The translations under genes were made by a program, and so were the position numbers. Of a DNA stretch of 64,000 nucleotides, positions 28,951 through 42,315 are shown piece by piece; the stretch's first letter is position 1; each line of letters starts with the position of its first letter. The DNA is from the human T2T-CHM13v2.0 reference genome, Homo sapiens: NCBI RefSeq assembly GCF_009914755.1, contig NC_060928.1. One strand, 5' to 3'. The notes under the pieces are model-generated. The model saw only the letters and a program-made list of their open reading frames with translations, was not told where the DNA came from and did not search any database.

Positions 28951-30039
28951 GGAGTGTCTTAGATGAGTTTAAGTTAAAAGGAGAAATCAATGACCTTCCC
29001 CAAACTACCACTGTGTGTCCACCATTGGACAATGGACAAACCACCACTGTGTTGTCCATGTATGGCTATCGCATTTTACATTGTTCCAGATATTCCTCCT
29101 GGAAAGAAGGCTCAAGGGAGAAGATAAGATGACTACCTCCAGGCACGGTTGCTGTACCTTTAGCAAAAGCTCTGATGCAGGAAGCCCCTTAGGCTGTTCT
29201 CAGCAAGGAGCAGTTTTTCCCTGGAGCTAGATGTGTATCAATGCCTGATTCCAGCACATACCCTGAAGGAAAGATCTCTCTTTTACAAATGGTAAGGCCT
29301 TTCCCTAGCTGAGAAAGGAAAAAGTGAGTCCAACATTTCATATATTTAGCAGTATCTCTATTTCTAGATATTAATTACATACAACATCATTCCCTATTAT
29401 TTGTAGTGAGGCACTAATTATCCAAGCATAGTGATCTTCTATGATTCAAGATGAATTAAACCTCATATAATTAATACATTCAGCACATTAAACTGCAAAA
29501 TAACCCACCTTTAAATGAGAGAAAGTTCACGTGAAAGACAGCATATACACAAGATTCTTAAATATATTTCAAAAGAAAAGTTTCATCAATAAGTGAACAT
29601 TTCTCAAGCAGACATTCACAGTTACAATATTTCAAGATACAACATTTGTTTTCTTCCCCTAAATGGTTCTATATTCTTTTCACACTACGCGGTGTATATC
29701 CCTGAACAAATCTGGTCAAACAAAACAGATCATTTTCAGCTCTATTTATACAATACTCTTTTCTATGGAGATCTAAGCCAGGCCAAGGTTAAGGATACTT
29801 TTAAGAGAATGTTATCATTTTAATAATGTTCTTAGTGGCAAAGACTTTCTACTAAATAACAAAGGCCCAAAATAGGGGTTATATATAAGAGGCTCACTTT
29901 CCTTAATCTCTATAGAGGTAAATAATTGAGGCCCTAAAACTGTAGTGTTGGTTTTTATCATAAAGTGTCAACTTACAAATATTTATCTAAATGGTTGGAT
30001 TATTACTATTGGGAAAATTATGTGATAAATTCTTTGAGG

Positions 30040-30320
30040 ATTTGTTCACTTATCCACAATCTCACCTCCAATGTATATTATCTAAGAAAGGCTGGGCACC
30101 GTGCCAAGAACTATAGAATAAATAGCCTGAGCCACGAGTAGTTTCTGCTCGTGGGGTTATAGTTTGAGGATATAAGAAATATAAATATCAAAATATCACA
30201 TTATATTGGTGCCAGAACTGTACAGTCATGTTATTCAGCCACATGCAAGGTTGTTTGTAGAGCCTGTGAGGCAGATGAGCTGAGTGCCTGAAGACAGACA
30301 GGTCTGAGGCTAGGAATAAC
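30040..30320 (-). mobile_element. L2 3' fragment
   Basis: ggctgggcaccgtgccaagaactatagaata...ctgctcgtggggttatagttt. Confidence 0.55.
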
Positions 30321-31389
30321 TTCCTGGTGTTTCCAGGATTAAACACCCTGGCAATCTGAGAACTAGAGTACCTCCTATCCATAAAGTCATTTTCTTTATG
30401 ACCTGGTTAATAGTGTATTGCCCCTGAATGCAAAGGTGGAATTATTTCAGATTACCATAGTAATTTTTAAAGTGAAGTGGAAGTGGGTCTGTAACAACAT
30501 TTCTGGATGCAAAGACAGCTGAAACTGCACTATAAAGAGCCATGACAAAAAGAAGGTATTGGCCTTGCCTGAATTCAAAGATGAAGAACTGTGATCCTCT
30601 CCCATGCTGGAAGCAGGATATCCATCACAGATACTGGTGGACTGTAGGATGCTCACCAGCCGTAGTGAGCACAGGGGTCTTATAGTTTGTATCTACTTAT
30701 ACTAACATGTTCAGTTCTTGCAGATGTTTCTGTTGGCTGTGATTTCCAGAGCATTTTATCACGGGGATTTGTTTACTTATGTGTCAGGTTATTTTTGATG
30801 GTGTGATGGTCATTGTAGTTACAAAATTATTTTTAAGAAACTTTGAGACCTAATATAACTGTATCATTTTTTAAGAGAAATTTTGCATTAGCTTCTGCTA
30901 AGCACCTTGGGGCACTACCAGTCTGAGAACATCTTAATTAAGAGTAAAGCTTCAGGTTCCCTGGACTATCCAGAGGACACACACTTGGGCTGCAAGTTTG
31001 CACAAGAGCTAATTAATTTCTAGTTCAGAGCAACTCTGGGTGTATAGTCATTGGCTCCTAGCTTAAATTGGAGGAGGATGTAAATTGATTTTCCACATTA
31101 AGTGGTGCCTGGCGTTTGTTCTATTCTTCCTGAAAGGCCAACATAGCCAGCTGTTAGCTTAGTAGCTGTTTCTTCTAATGAATAAAAGTCCACAGCACAG
31201 AGTTTTTTTATATAGTAGGCTTACATCTCAAGAGTATTGCATTTTTTTCAGATTTCGGACCCACAATTCTTTACTGTTATTTCAGTGTTTTTTTTTAATC
31301 ATGTATATTTTATTGACTTATAAAATTTGTCCTCAGTGGGAAGGTTAGTTCAAATGATCTTCCTTGCCATGAGTCAGAAGTCCTTAGAT

Positions 31390-31611
31390 CAGGGTTTTGC
31401 ATTCTTAGTACCATTAACATTTTGGGCTGGACAATTCTTTGTTTGAGGGCACTGTACTGTGCAATGTAGACATTTAGCAATGTCTCTGGCTTCTACCAAC
31501 TAGATGTCAGTGGCACCCTCCTCGCCCCCACAATCATGACAATAAAAAATGTCTCCAGACATTGCCAAATAGCCCCTGGGAAGCACAATTCTCCTTAGTT
31601 GAGAAGCACTG
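31390..31611 (-). mobile_element. MER20 (hAT-Charlie)
   Basis: acattttgggctggacaattctttgt...aaaaatgtctccagacattgccaaat...gttgagaagcactg; 8-bp flanks ccttagat/ccctagag. Confidence 0.9.
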
Positions 31612-31764
31612 CCCTAGAGTATTGATATTTTAAAATAAAGATATGAAGATATCTGTAGTGTGTTGTGAATTAAAAATAATTGCATTCTGGTTCATTTGCC
31701 TCAGATTTCACTTTGTGATACAGAGGACATGGGTCTTTAAGATCCAGTGGGAAATTGCAGAAAC

Positions 31765-31940
31765 AATGTGGTAGAGTGGAAAGAACACTAGCTTTGGAGC
31801 CAGACAGGATTGGATTCTAAACCTGCCTCAACTGCTTACCTTGACAGAATACTAATTGCATGGCCTCAGGCAAGTACTTAACCTCTTCACCCTAACTTTC
31901 TACTTCTGTAAATTATGATTCCTCAAAGGGTTGTTTGTGA
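31765..31940 (+). mobile_element. MIR
   Basis: gtggtagagtggaaagaacactagctttggagccagac...ggcctcaggcaagtacttaacctc. Confidence 0.8.
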
Positions 31941-32399
31941 GTAATTTACTTCTCATTTTGGTTCAGTTATTCACTCAGAGCATGTAGAGTATGTAATGCT
32001 AACTTCTATTTTATTTTTCAGATATTTTCTCAAGTATAAGCTCTTTCACCGAAGGCTTTGTTGAAAAAAAAAAATTGAAGAAAATCTATTGACCTAAATG
32101 TAGCAATCCACAAAATATTTTATTTAACTTGGATTCTTAAAGACTCAGTTTCGATTTTACTTTAAAAATATTTTACAGGTTGGGAAAAAAGGGCAAAGAA
32201 AATTTTACACAAAGCTAAAGCAGTGCTTAATTTTTTTGGTATGTTTTTTCACATTATTGTATAAAAATTGAAGAGGTAGAAAATAGGAGCCTTTTGCTGT
32301 AAGGTAAGTGATAAACTTTTTTTAATTTTATAATTTTAATTTTCTACTTCAACTTGAATCACAGAACTCAATATATTCTTTATAGTTATAAAAGAGCAT

Positions 32400-32610
32400 T
32401 TAATGAGCAACAGTTTCCAGACAACCTGGCAAGTTTTTTTTTTTAATGTGTTATCTTATTTGATTTTCACCAGAAACATGTGAGGTAAGTGCTATTCCCA
32501 TTTTACAGATTCAGGCATCTCACATATATGGAAGGTGTTTATCCACATTCACCCAGCTAAAAATAGTCTCAGATTTGTCTGCCTCAGACCCAGGGTTCTT
32601 AAACACTACA
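32400..32610 (-). mobile_element. MIR
   Basis: tgtgaggtaagtgctattcccattttacagat core. Confidence 0.7.
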
Positions 32611-32746
32611 TCATGTCACCTCTGATAACTAAATGCAAGAAAAGGAACAAAGATTTCAGGGATACCAATAAATCATGTCCTATGGGAGGAACATGAGCTT
32701 CATGAAATAAAATGGGAAGGAATCTTGAGGAAACACAGAGGTTCAT

Positions 32747-33058
<312 letters not shown>

Positions 33059-34089
33059 AGTTCAGGATATAAAAAACAGAAGACAGAAATAAACAACAGA
33101 AAAAGATGGAAGGTGGGGTCAGAACATGGATTTATAGATAATTCATAACACTTATCAGACAGACCAAAGGAAACATCTTTATTTTTAATTCGGTAGACAC
33201 TCCTACAACATTTATTCAGTTTTGTATGCTTAAATACAGGATTATAAATGATACCTTCCTTTCCACCAAGTTTGCTTATAGAAAATGCACCTCCCTTTGA
33301 CACAGAGACAAGCTTCTTAATCATCAGATAAGTTCTAGCATTTGGACATTTATGGAACCAAAGAATCATATTTTAAAGCTTCTGCCAAGTGCAGAAGTGC
33401 TCAATGGGTATTTTGTCTCAGTAAGAAGCATAGATTTAGCCCATAGATCTTAGATAGAAAAGACCTTTGAGACTCTCAGGTGGATTTTGCTGCCTGGGCA
33501 GAAGAAGTAATAAATGTTATTACACAGAGACTCTAAAGACCACGCTTCAGCAATGACTGCTTAGCAATATCTAACACTTCAGATTGTATTTGTCAAGTGA
33601 AGATTAAGTAGCTCCTAAGCCATTTCAGAGCTTGTCTCCCATTTCACCATCAGATCTGCTCTCCCTCTCAGTTTATAGTAGATACTAGTTAGTTAGTATA
33701 ATTTTTCCTTCTAGGTACCTACATTTTTCTATTTGGCTTTGCATATCCAGGTACTATTCATAAGTTGCTATTAGATGGGGTTTAGCCTTAGTTCTATGGA
33801 CTCCTAACAGGGACTTAATTTACAGTCTATGAATGGGTATAGAAATTTTTCAAGAGAAGCTGGAAATTTATATTTTGATGTTATTATCTCTCTTGTTTTA
33901 AATATTTGCAACTAATCCCAAATTTGCAAATGCTATGTGCTTCACACAGAGTCATTCTGTGGTCTGAATATTAATGGATCTGGGGGTTGCCAGTTTGCCA
34001 CTTCTGAAGGCAAACAGAAATTCAGGTGGGATTGAGATCACCTGGGTACTCTGTGTGAATATTCCACAACTGAAAAGAGAAAAGAAAGA

Positions 34090-34260
34090 ATGAAGTTTGG
34101 GGTCAAACTGTCTTGGGAGTTGATAGCTGTGTCTTTGGACTAGTTACTTAATCTTTCTTATTCTCTATTCTAATTGGACAAAGAAGATAACGGGACCTGT
34201 CTCACTGGGTTGCTTTGAGGAACAAATAAAACAGCCCATGTAGCCACAAAATGGTAAATG
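34090..34260 (+). mobile_element. MIR
   Basis: tagctgtgtctttggactagttacttaatct...ctcactgggttgctttgagg. Confidence 0.65.
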
Positions 34261-34532
34261 AGAATCAGTTCAATACGTGTTTCCATTGTCCTGATGGATT
34301 CCAGTGATGACTGGTTTAACCAGAGAGTTATCAAGTGTTGTGTTGGAAACTCAAATAATTTGATGCCTATAGAAGCTTTATATAAAGAAGAAGAAAGGGG
34401 TAGAAACACAGTATGAGACTACAGAGTTGGGGATAGAGTAGCACTGGTTTCTTAATTATCTGTGCTTGAATTCAGAGATGTATTTGTTTTCCCATTCCCA
34501 GTTAGCCTCACTGTTCCCAATTTATTGTCCAC

Positions 34533-35233
34533 TGATGAATGGCAATGTTCATAAATTTGGAAAACAGAGCTTCATTTTTCATAAAGGATTGCAGCCTACA
34601 GCGTGGCCATTCTTACAGGCTGGGAAGCACAGCCTCTGGTCAGAAGCCAAAAACAGACACCTGGAGGGAGGGGCAAAGAGAACAGGAATTCATGTGTTTG
34701 TGGGGTGACTATACATATTCAATGAACTGGGGGGAGTTATGAATATTCATAAAGCAAGAGCACACACATACACAATGCAGCTTCATGCCTTTTCGTGGGA
34801 CCCATGTCCAAAAAATGGTGGCATTAGCATAATTCTAGGGTGGAGTTTTCAGCCCTCAGATGTCAAAAAGTGAAGCAGAGGACATAAAAGCCCTGTCTTT
34901 GCATCCTCCCTAGATTGGCCAGAACCACTCCATGGTCGGTGGTCTCTTACCAGGAAGGCATGCTGGTCAGATGTTGTACAGAAACCACAAAAGGGAAGAG
35001 CAGCAGTCAGGCCTTTGGTTGAAATCAGCGGTGGAGCCAGTCTTTCCAAAGGGCTGGCTTCTCTTTAGACTTTGGGGTAGTAAGCCTAATGGTGGTTAGA
35101 GAGGGTGAGGGTATAGTGAGATGTGCCTATCATGGCCGGAAACTCAGTTTTCAAGGTTTTTCTGGAGTCCCCTTGGCCAGGAGGAGCTTCTTTCCATTGG
35201 TTTGGGGGTGTAGGATTGCATTTTTATTTCTCG
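34533..35233 (-). mobile_element. ERV1 MER4-group solo LTR (MER39/LTR39-like)
   Basis: Minus strand begins gagaaataaaaatgcaatcctacacccccaaacc...cttggccaaggggactccagaaaaaccttgaaaactgagtttccggccatga, matching my recollection of this group. Exact family uncertain. Confidence 0.75.
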
Positions 35234-36278
35234 TTACTTAACCCCATTGCTTTATTATCTTGCCTCCTTAGAAGTTTGGAATTCAATGACTGGCACTTGA
35301 GAACACCCTCTCCACCCCCACTAGCTCCTCAGGCTGGAGCTTGAGCTCCTCCTCCCCAGGGGGCACCCAATCTTGTATCCTCTTCTGCAGCCTTCCTCCG
35401 CACAGGGTTCTAAGAATGAGTACACAGAAAAAGCATCATTTAGACTCTGATGCCCCTGAGTGGCAACGAAGCTGGGAAGCCAGCACCATCAGCAATGGGT
35501 GACTCTCTTATTCCTGGCCGTGGCATAGCAATACATAAGTACTTGATGCCATTCTTTGTAGTTAGTTTTCTATGAGATGTGAAGAAATATGTTAGGAAAG
35601 CTACTTTGTGAGTCTCACTTGATCCAAAAGAACTAAGGGAAGGCTTTTTTCCAAACTAGGTCCCCAGCCTAGAAACAGTAACTTGGGAATAACAATAACC
35701 TGCAAGTGGAAAATGAAATAAAATGTGAATGTTGCTTTTTAAGTGAGCACATTGACCTGGTTAGACCTCAACATTAAAATAACACAATAGCAGGAAATGA
35801 TTCAAATGTATATTTTAAGAGAATATTGTGTAGGTATACACATACACACCAATAAATTTTACTGCCAAATTATGCAATCTGTCAGGCTATAGATTACTTG
35901 GTGAAAAACAAATCCCAAATATAGGTGCTGTGTGGAACGCAAATCCATTTCAGTAAGGTGAAACAGATGGTGACTGAAATTTACTCAACTATAATTACTA
36001 TCGAAGTTCAATTTGTTGCAAAGAAAGCTTATATGTTTGTCATTTGAAAAAAAAGTTTTAAAATAAATTTGAAGTAAATAAAAAATAAAATAAAATGAAA
36101 TAATATAAAATTGACAGTAAAATGACACAAATTTAAAATATTTTTCAAAGAGTTGCCTTGATGTACTCAATCTAGTCATTGATTGTACCCTTTGATTTTA
36201 ATTCATCCAGTGCTAAACTTCCTTCACAACTTCCCAAACTACTAGGTACTTCATTCGTATAGAAACTTTATTCTGGGA

Positions 36279-36795
36279 GAGACAAAGTTCGACTCTGTCA
36301 CCCAGGCTGGAGTGCAGTGATGCAATCATACCTCACTGAAGCCTTTAACTCCTGGGCTCCAGCAATCCTTCCACCTCAGCCTCCTGAGTAGCGTAAGCCA
36401 GCATGACTAGCTAAATTTTTATTTTCATTTTTGTATTTTTATTTTTTTACTTTTTTTTTTCTTTGAGACAGGATATTGATCTGTTGCTCAAGCTAGAATG
36501 CAGTGAGTGAGGCATGACCACGGCTCACTGCAGCCTTGACCTCCCAAGCTCAAGCAGTCCTCCCACCTCAGCCTCTTGCCTCCCAAGTAAGTGGGACTAC
36601 CTACATGTACAATTAAAAAATAAAAATAAAAAAATTGTAAAGACAAAGTCTCGCTGTATTGCCAGGGCTGGTCTTGAACTCCTGAACTTGAGCAATTCTC
36701 CCACTTTTGCCTCCCAAAATCTTAGGATTACAGGTGTGAGCCACCATGCCTGGCCCCTCTTTAATTTTTTGTACAGACAAGGTTCATTGTATGCA
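36279..36795 (-). mobile_element. Nested AluJ elements (a full Alu at ~36450-36756 inside the linker of an older Alu)
   Basis: A right arm at 36279-36412, then a second complete antisense Alu, then a left-arm remnant ttttttgtacagacaaggttc. Confidence 0.85.
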
Positions 36796-38658
36796 GTTAG
36801 TCTATCAAGTGTTCATTGGCTCACAAAATTTCAAATACATCTGTGTTAATTTTTGGTTTCCTGTAACTTAGCCCCAGAATGTTCTCAGCTGAGGTTCTGT
36901 GAGTTCCAATGTGTTGAATGGATGCAGCCAGGAACAATGCTTACCTAGAAAAAACCCCCAACTGGCTCTCAGAGCTGAAGTATCTATTGCAATGCAGAGG
37001 GGAAAGGCAACTCCTTCAACATTCATTTCAGATAAGTCGTTTCTCATCAATACAACTCTTGCACACAGAATTAACGTGCGGAAATATTGAAAAAATGCAT
37101 TTATTATGTAATAAGGGAATGTGATTTCTATTACATACCTCTTTTAATGATTTCAAAGGGGTATAGGAATTGTTTAATAATACATGTAGTTATGGAATTT
37201 GGAAACATATTCCTAACTATAAGACCCAAGAGATAGCAAAAAATAAAAAGCAATATTGTTTCTGTAAGTTGTTTGCATTTTCTATGCATCAATAAGCCAT
37301 AAATTTTAAGAAGTAATGACTGGCGTGAACTCAAACTTTGTACTTTCAGTTAAAAATCTTAGCTGGTGACACATTGCAGAAGATAAGACTCCATCTTCCT
37401 CTTCCAAAACATATATACACTCCTCTCCCCACTTATTTGGCTGGTTTGTCCCATTTTATAGTAGGGTTGAAATATTTCAAGCTAAGATAACAAAGTCAAA
37501 TTCAAGGTCTTGTTAGCACAACTTGGGGAAATGCCAAGCATAGCAGCCTGCTATTCCTGACAGGTACAACTCCATCAGTTTCTTAAAAGAGAGAAAGAAT
37601 TACAGAATACGCCATAGGGAAACAGAGTAAACTCCTTGGTGAGTTGCAATCACTGAATTATATTCTTTGGCACCTTGTGTTTATATCTTTTATGGAGCCA
37701 CTAAAAAAAGATGACAGGACTGAAAATAAAATGCAAGCCTTAGTAGAAAGGCTTCTATCTGGTCAGTCACTACTACAAGAAAATAGAGGATTTGAGGGAT
37801 TTGTCCAAGATAAACACAAGAGAGAATTGTGCAATGTAAATAATACTGCTTAACCTTCTCTTTCTCAACTAACAGACTGTCTTTAGGCTCTGCCAGCCGT
37901 CCAGACCTCTTCCTCAAGGATGTTTCCAACGTGTGTTTTCATTGTGCTACTGTCAAACTCTGTAGCTCACCCTAGGATGTGGGCTCATTATTTCTGGATT
38001 GGTTGAACAAAGTTTAAGTATGTGTGTCATCAGCAGGTAGAGAATCAGAGCTTCTCCAAGGATATAACCTGAAATATTTGTCAGGCAAACCTCAACAAAT
38101 CTCATGTTTTTAAGTGAAAACTCACATTTATAAAATCAGCATTGCTTTCTATTGCCATAACTTCCTTAGACTTTCCTCAGGAAACCAGAAAACTTTTGGA
38201 AAATATAAGTTTTGTCCTAGCAGACTGATTACTTATCCTTGAAGCAAGCGGAATATGAATTTTTAAAAGATATTTTTTCTTGTATTTGCTTCTAGGCATC
38301 TAGGCAGCTTCTCAGCAACTGTGCTGGGCAGATGGGAATCTAGTCTATTAAAAAAATATCTGCTGAGAAATACACTTCACAGCTGCCCATTTAGCTAATG
38401 TTAATTATTTGTAATGTCTTTTTTAATGCATTAGATATTATATTGCACAGTGTCCAAACCCAAGCCCATCTTTATAATTATATATAATTATCTGAAAGAA
38501 ATATGTTTTTAAGTCAACAATCATGCCTAAGAACTGTTTTAAAACAAGCAGATGAATGTATATCCATAAACATTTGAACAGTAGTTTGAAATATTTAGAA
38601 TTATTATTAAAGCAACCTATAGAATGTGAGTTAATTCTAGGAGAAATTATAGACAGTG

Positions 38659-38987
38659 GGCCAGGTGTGGTGGCTCACTCCTCTAATTCCAGCACTTTGG
38701 GAGGCTGAGGATCACCTGAAGTCATGAGTTGGAGACCAGGCTGGCCACCATGGCAAAATCCCGTCTCTACTAAAAATACAAAAAAAAATTAGCTGGGTGT
38801 GGCGGCAGGTGCCTGTAATCTCAGCTACGCGGGAGGCTGAGGCAGGAGAATCACTTGAACCTGGGAGGCAAAGGTTTGCAGTGAGCCAAGATCACGCCAT
38901 TGCACTCCAGCCTAGGTGACAAGAGTTAAACTCCATCTCAAATATATATATATTATTTTATATATATATATAGAGAGAGAGAGAGAC
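38659..38987 (+). mobile_element. AluSq/Sp-like element with (AT)n(AG)n tail
   Basis: Alu body ending gtgacaagagttaaactccatctc followed by a dinucleotide tail. Confidence 0.95.
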
Positions 38988-39279
38988 TGAAAATGGTAGA
39001 AAAAATAAAAAAGATAAGGAGGAACAGTGTATGTGGGGCTCGTCTGAAGCAAATAATATCATCTGCTTTGTTTCGTTAATCAGTGGTGAATTTGCTATGG
39101 CTGGCTTACACCATCGTTCACGAAAAGGCAACGTGCACCAGAGGGCCCTTCATTCCTGATTAAGCAGCCTTAAAGCCATGTAGGGGTGGGCTTGGGATTT
39201 CTGATTGTTTAGTCAGGTTCACAAGATTACTCCCCTTCCATTCACAAAAGGAGAATTCTAAAAGTATGGAGAATAGTAG

Positions 39280-40809
39280 TGTGCCCAGAATTGGTGGGTT
39301 CTTGGTCTCACTGACTTCAAGAATGAAGCCTCGGACCCTGGTGGTGAGTGTTACAGCTCTTAAGGTGGCGCGTCTGGAGTTTGTTCCTTCTGATGTTCGG
39401 ATGTGTTTGGAATTTCTTCCTTCTGGTGGGTTCGTGGTCTCGCTGGCTCAGGAGTGAAGCTGCAGACCTTCGCGGTGAGTGTTACAGCTCTTAAGGTAGT
39501 GCGTCTGGAGTTGTTCCTTCCTCCGGATGGGCTCGTGGTCTCGCTGGCTTCGGGAGTGAAGCTGCAGACCTTCGCGGTGAGTGTTACAGCTCATAAAAAC
39601 AGTGTGGACCCAAAGAGTGAGCAGCAGCAAGATTTATTGCAAATAGTAACAGAACAAAGCCTCCACAATGTGGAAAGGGACCCAAGCGTGTTGCCACTGC
39701 TAGCTCAGGCAGCCTGCTTTTATTCTCTTATCTGGCCCCACCCACATCCTGCTGATTGGTAGAGTGGAGTGGTCTGTTTTGACAGGGCGCTGATTGGTGC
39801 GTTTATAATCCCTGAGCTAGACACAAAGGTTCTCCACCTCCCCACCAGATTAATTAGATACAGAGTGTGGACACAAAGGTTCTCCAAGTCCCCACCAGAG
39901 TAGCTAGATGCAGAGTGTCGATTGTTGCATTCACAAATCCTGAGCTAGACACAGGGTGCTGATTGGTGTGTTTACAAACCTTGAGCTAGATACAGAGTGC
40001 TGATTGGTGTATTTACAATCCCTGAGCTAGACATAAAGGTTCTCCAAGTCCCCACCAGGGTAGCTATTGGTGCATTCACAAACCCTGAGCTAGACACAGG
40101 GTGCTGATTGGTGTATTTACAATCCCTGAGCTAGACATAAAGGTTCTCCACGTCCCCACCAGACTCAGGAGCCCAGCTTGCTTCACCCTCTGGATCCCGC
40201 ACCGGGGATGCAGGTGGAGCTGGCCGGCCAGTCCCGCGCTGTGACTCCGCACCCCTCAGCCCTTGGGTGGTTGATGGGACTGGGCGCCTTGGAGCAGGGG
40301 GCGGCGCTCATCAGGGAGGCTCCGGCCGCAAAGGAGTCCATGGAGGGGGTGGGAGGCTCAGGCATGGCGGGCTGCAGGTCCCGAGCCCTGCCCCGCAGAA
40401 AGGCAGCTAAGGCCCGGTGAGAAATCGAGCGCAGCGCCGGTGGGCTGGCACTGTTGGGGGACCCGGTACACCCTCCACAGCCGCTGGCCCGGGTGCTAAG
40501 CCCCTCATTGCCCGGGGCGACAGGGCCGGCCGGCTGCTCCGAGTGCGGGCCCGCCAAGCCCACGCCCACCCGGAACTCCAGCTGGTCCACAAGCGCCGCG
40601 CACAGCCCCGGTTCCTGCTCGCGCCTCTCCCTCCACACCTCCCTGCAAGCTGAGGGAGCCAGCTCCGGCCTTGGCCAGCCCAGAAAGGGGCTCCCACAGC
40701 GCAGCGGCGGGCTGAAGGGCTCAAGTGCTGCCAAAGTGGGAGCCCAGGCAGAGGAGGCGCCGAGAGCAAGCGAGGGCTGTGAGGACTGCCAGCACGCTGT
40801 CACCTCTCA
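39280..40809 (-). mobile_element. LTR12C (ERV9) full-length solo LTR
   Basis: Minus strand begins TGAGAGGTGACAGCGTGCTGGCAGTCCTCACAGCCCTCGC and ends AACCCACCAATTCTGGGCACA. Perfect 4-bp TSD GTAG (39276-39279 / 40810-40813), internal tandem enhancer repeats and a CpG-rich U3. Confidence 0.97.
39719..40111 (-). promoter_or_regulatory. LTR12C promoter/enhancer: five CCAATCAGC (NF-Y type) boxes and an AATAAA TATA-like box
   Basis: gctgattgg at 39751, 39789, 39958, 39999 and 40103; tttatt at 39719-39724. This matches known ERV9 LTR architecture; activity is not shown. Confidence 0.7.
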
Positions 40810-40960
40810 GTAGAATGGGTTTTAGCTAATGACAAGCCTTGTTAAACTGCCCCAGGTGACTGCTCAGTCTTTGCCTAGTTAAGGCTTAGATTCTCAGCAA
40901 TGTATAGCTAGATCATCTTCTTTCTGTTTTGCATATCCTAAGCCAATGGGTTAGACATGT

Positions 40961-41548
40961 GGATACAGGAGTTAAAAAGGAAGTACTTAGATAGCAAGGA
41001 CCATAGGAGTCCTCGGTAAGGCTTTTTCTTTTTAATGATAAGCAGCCCCAAATCATTTTCTAACAAATAGCAGCCTGCAAGCTGGGAGCTTGCACTGGTG
41101 AATGCTGGCAGGAACTAAGGACTAGACATTTTCAAAATGGTGGCTCCATCTTCCCTTCTCCGCCAGCCACATGTATTGTAAGGAGCAGACAAGATGGCGC
41201 CCATCAACTGGAAAGTCCATTTGCATAAAAAGATTAGGGTGGGGCAACCAGCCTTCCTCATGCACTATATATAGGTCATACCTGATTGAACCAATCTGTG
41301 AGCCCTAGGTAAATTAGACATCACCTCCTCAAACTGGACGATAAAACTCAGGGCATTGGATGCCAACCACTCCTTTCTGCTGGGAGACCCCTTCTGCTAT
41401 AGAGGAAGCTGTTTCTCTTTCTCTTCTCTTCTACCTATTAAACCTCCAGTCTTAAACTCCTCCTGTGTGTCCATGTTCTGAATTCTTTCTTGGCCACCAC
41501 GTGACGATGAACCACGGGTTTACACCCCAGATGACATAAGCTGCTTCA
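40961..41548 (+). mobile_element. LTR9-family (ERV1) solo LTR
   Basis: gatacaggagttaaaaagg...ggagtcctcggtaaggc...aagcagccccaaatcatt...cctattaaacctcc...gctgcttca, with flanks atgt/atat. Family name from memory. Confidence 0.75.
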
Positions 41549-41859
41549 ATATTTTATTATATATTCATTAAATCACCATGTAAGTGTCCTGAACTATAAA
41601 TGAATGGCTGGCATAGAAATTTTTATCATTGACAATAATAAAAGAAAAGGAAGGCAGAAACGTAACGCTACTTGCATAAGAGTCATTCATCCAGTTTTGT
41701 TGCATACATATAATTTGCATAGAAAAAATACGACCTCACTAAAATTCCATGATCCTGATTATGTTGTAAATATGAGATTATGTTTCATCTTTGACTGGAA
41801 ACTTTGCTTTGCAGCTGGATGAACCCACCTGAATTCAGTCCACGAATAGGAGGGAGATA

Positions 41860-42315
41860 GTTGAGGAATATTTGAAAGAGATTTGGCTCAGGGGTCAAAC
41901 ATTTGACTAGAAAAATGATTTCTTCTACTAATTGGCGTTGTAACCTTGCATATGTCACTTTATCATTTTGCTTCAGTTTCCTCACTGTATATTTGTCTTT
42001 GTTTTCTTATTTTCTTTCTGTAATAGTTTTTAACTCACAGCGTTGATGTTAGGATTAAAGAGATAGCATGTGTAAACAAGAGGCACATGATTAATCTTCA
42101 AGAGGCAGTCAAGTGCACTAGCTAATAACACAGATTTTAGAGCAAACATACCTAGATATGGATCCTAGATCTGCCTCTTATTGGCTCTGTCCCTAGACAA
42201 GTTATTGAACCTGTGTCTCAGCTCGCTGACCTGTGAAAGAGGAATGACAGTCATGCCTAGGATTGTTGTGCAGATTAAATGAGTGGCTGTATGTGAAGTA
42301 CTTAGAAGGGTATCT
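41860..42315 (+). mobile_element. Two adjacent MIR fragments
   Basis: gcttcagtttcctcactgta..aggattaaagagatagcatgtgtaaa; ctgcctcttattggctctgt..ggattgttgtgcagattaaatgag. Confidence 0.75.

Noticed and set aside
39340-40160. Regularly spaced repeats superficially like a CRISPR array
   Set aside because: These are the internal tandem repeats of LTR12C. There are no unique spacers or cas genes, and the context is eukaryotic.
40178-40813. Overlapping 78-206 aa ORFs, including the longest ORF in the window
   Set aside because: They lie in the GC-rich U3 of LTR12C, where stop codons are scarce; this is a common artefact.
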